Assembly (NCBI GenBank): GCA_024679065.1
Contig: JAGIQG010000011.1
Location: forward strand, 4,464,001-4,528,000
Origin: Sphyrna mokarran
Lineage: Eukaryota
DNA: 64,000 nt
Reading direction: 5' to 3'
This document shows, piece by piece, positions 62,536 to 64,000 of the stretch. The translations under genes and the position numbers were made by a program. Below the pieces are notes generated by a model. That model saw only the letters and a list, made by a program, of their open reading frames with translations. It was not told the origin of the DNA and searched no databases. The stretch's first letter is position 1. Each line of letters starts with the position of its first letter.

Positions 62536-63752
62536 CACTCGGAAAGCCTGCAGCACCATCCTGGCCTTCCGCTGGCGTCTGCCAGGAGGAGGGTTGGGGG
62601 GGGGGGGGGGGGGGCAGACTGAAATAGATTTCTGGTTGTGGGGGGAGGAGGATGGTAATAGAATGGACTTGGGAAAACTCCACTACTTCCCCCCCCAACC
62701 CTGAGAGATGCTTGAGGGCAAGAGGGAGGGAGAGAATGCAGCCAAAGGCAGCGAGAGCCATACTGTGTACAACACTTCAAGGTACCTGGATTGGTACTTT
62801 CATTAATTTGCTATCCAGATTTCTTAACATTTTTTCAAAGCTTTTTTTTTTTACACATTTAACTGTGATGTTAATTGATTTTAAAAAGTGCAGAGTGGGC
62901 CAATAGCATGGAAGTTCCTGACGTTGGCACAGGGGTCATAGTAGTTGGTGAAAGAACACAGCCAGGCATAGGGCACATGAGAGGACACAGGGATGGTGGA
63001 AGGGCACAACTTGGGGGCATGAGGGAACATTGAGGTTGGATGAGGTTGTAAATTCAAATAGGGGGCATGAATGGGACTTTTCAAACCTACTTTTTAAAAG
63101 ATCCCCTTCTGGTTCATGATTTCTCCAGAAGGCCATGCACCATGGTTCTTTAAAAAGTAAATGAACTCCATAAAAATTGTGCAGGAGTTAGAGGTAGCTA
63201 TAACCACAATGGAATAACAAGGTCAGGAGTGCTGGCTGTGGATTTCTGACAAAGAGCATCACACATTCCTTAAAAATTCTCTTGACAAGCTCACAAACAA
63301 GGGGGTCAAAGGGATACCACGTTATTCATTGGAAGGGGATGGATGAAGACTCTAGATGTGATAGGTACAGGTCCAAGTGGGGCACGCACACTTTGCAGGC
63401 GATGGTCTCGATGGGTGGGTAATTGAAAAGATTTCTTCTCAAGGCTGCTAGCCTTTTCCCTCAGCATTGTTGACATCCTGCATTGTCTAGTGAAGTTAGC
63501 TGGACTGGAGAGAATGATATGAGTGAGATGAACTGGTATTTAAATATGGTGCAGACGCCTTCAAAAAGGTCAGCTGGTTGCATGGGGATGAATGAACTGC
63601 AGGCCTGTCAGGTTACTCAGAGGGAGTACTTGTTAATTGTGTGTAATTTATGAGGTTCCAAGTGCTGAATCTGGCACAGGATCCGCTATTCTGGTTGGTG
63701 CTGCTGGAGCCGCCCATTGCTAGACATGGGATTCTCAATTGTCATCAGTGTT

Positions 63753-64000
63753 AGAACAAAGAAGAACAAAGAACAAAACAGCATGAGAAACAGGCCCTTC
63801 GGCCCAACAAGCCCGCGCCGTCACCCCGATGTTCCCACCTCTACCCACGATCCCTGTCCATGTTTATAGATCTATGGATTAAAAACCAAATTTGAGACAA
63901 TTTAGGGAGAATTTGTTTTGCCAATTAGCCTAATAGCACATCTTTGGGATGCGAGAGGAAACCGGAGCACCCGGAGAAAACCTACACAAGCACGGGGAGA
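63753..64000 (-). mobile_element. V-SINE copy with (TTCTTTG)n tail, runs off the window
   Basis: Near-identical to 7617-7858. Confidence 0.88.

Noticed and set aside
63150-63750. Third Harbinger transposase remnant
   Set aside because: Only vague resemblance; no motif could be read convincingly

Overview
Eukaryotic, AT-rich, repeat-dense vertebrate DNA, most likely from a shark or other cartilaginous fish (inferred from HE1-type V-SINEs, a DeuSINE-like copy and abundant CR1). It is essentially intronic sequence of a minus-strand Elk-family (Kv12) potassium channel gene, best matching KCNH3. Two coding exons are visible (49616-49773 and 42276-42483; end of S2 through S5). The rest is a nested mosaic of CR1, L2, Rex1/Babar and Penelope retroelements, Gypsy and a GalEa-like Copia LTR element, PIF/Harbinger transposons and MITEs, and SINEs. 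The main oddities are: (i) Penelope-derived hairpin insertions with target-site duplications and minimal hammerhead-ribozyme cores showing stem-II covariation; (ii) at least five short locally templated copies plus a long fold-back, most 0.3-2 kb from their source; (iii) a two-exon 366-nt phase-symmetric block flanked by inverted young CR1 copies. Repeat-family names come from remembered motifs, not database searches. Repeat boundaries are approximate unless stated.
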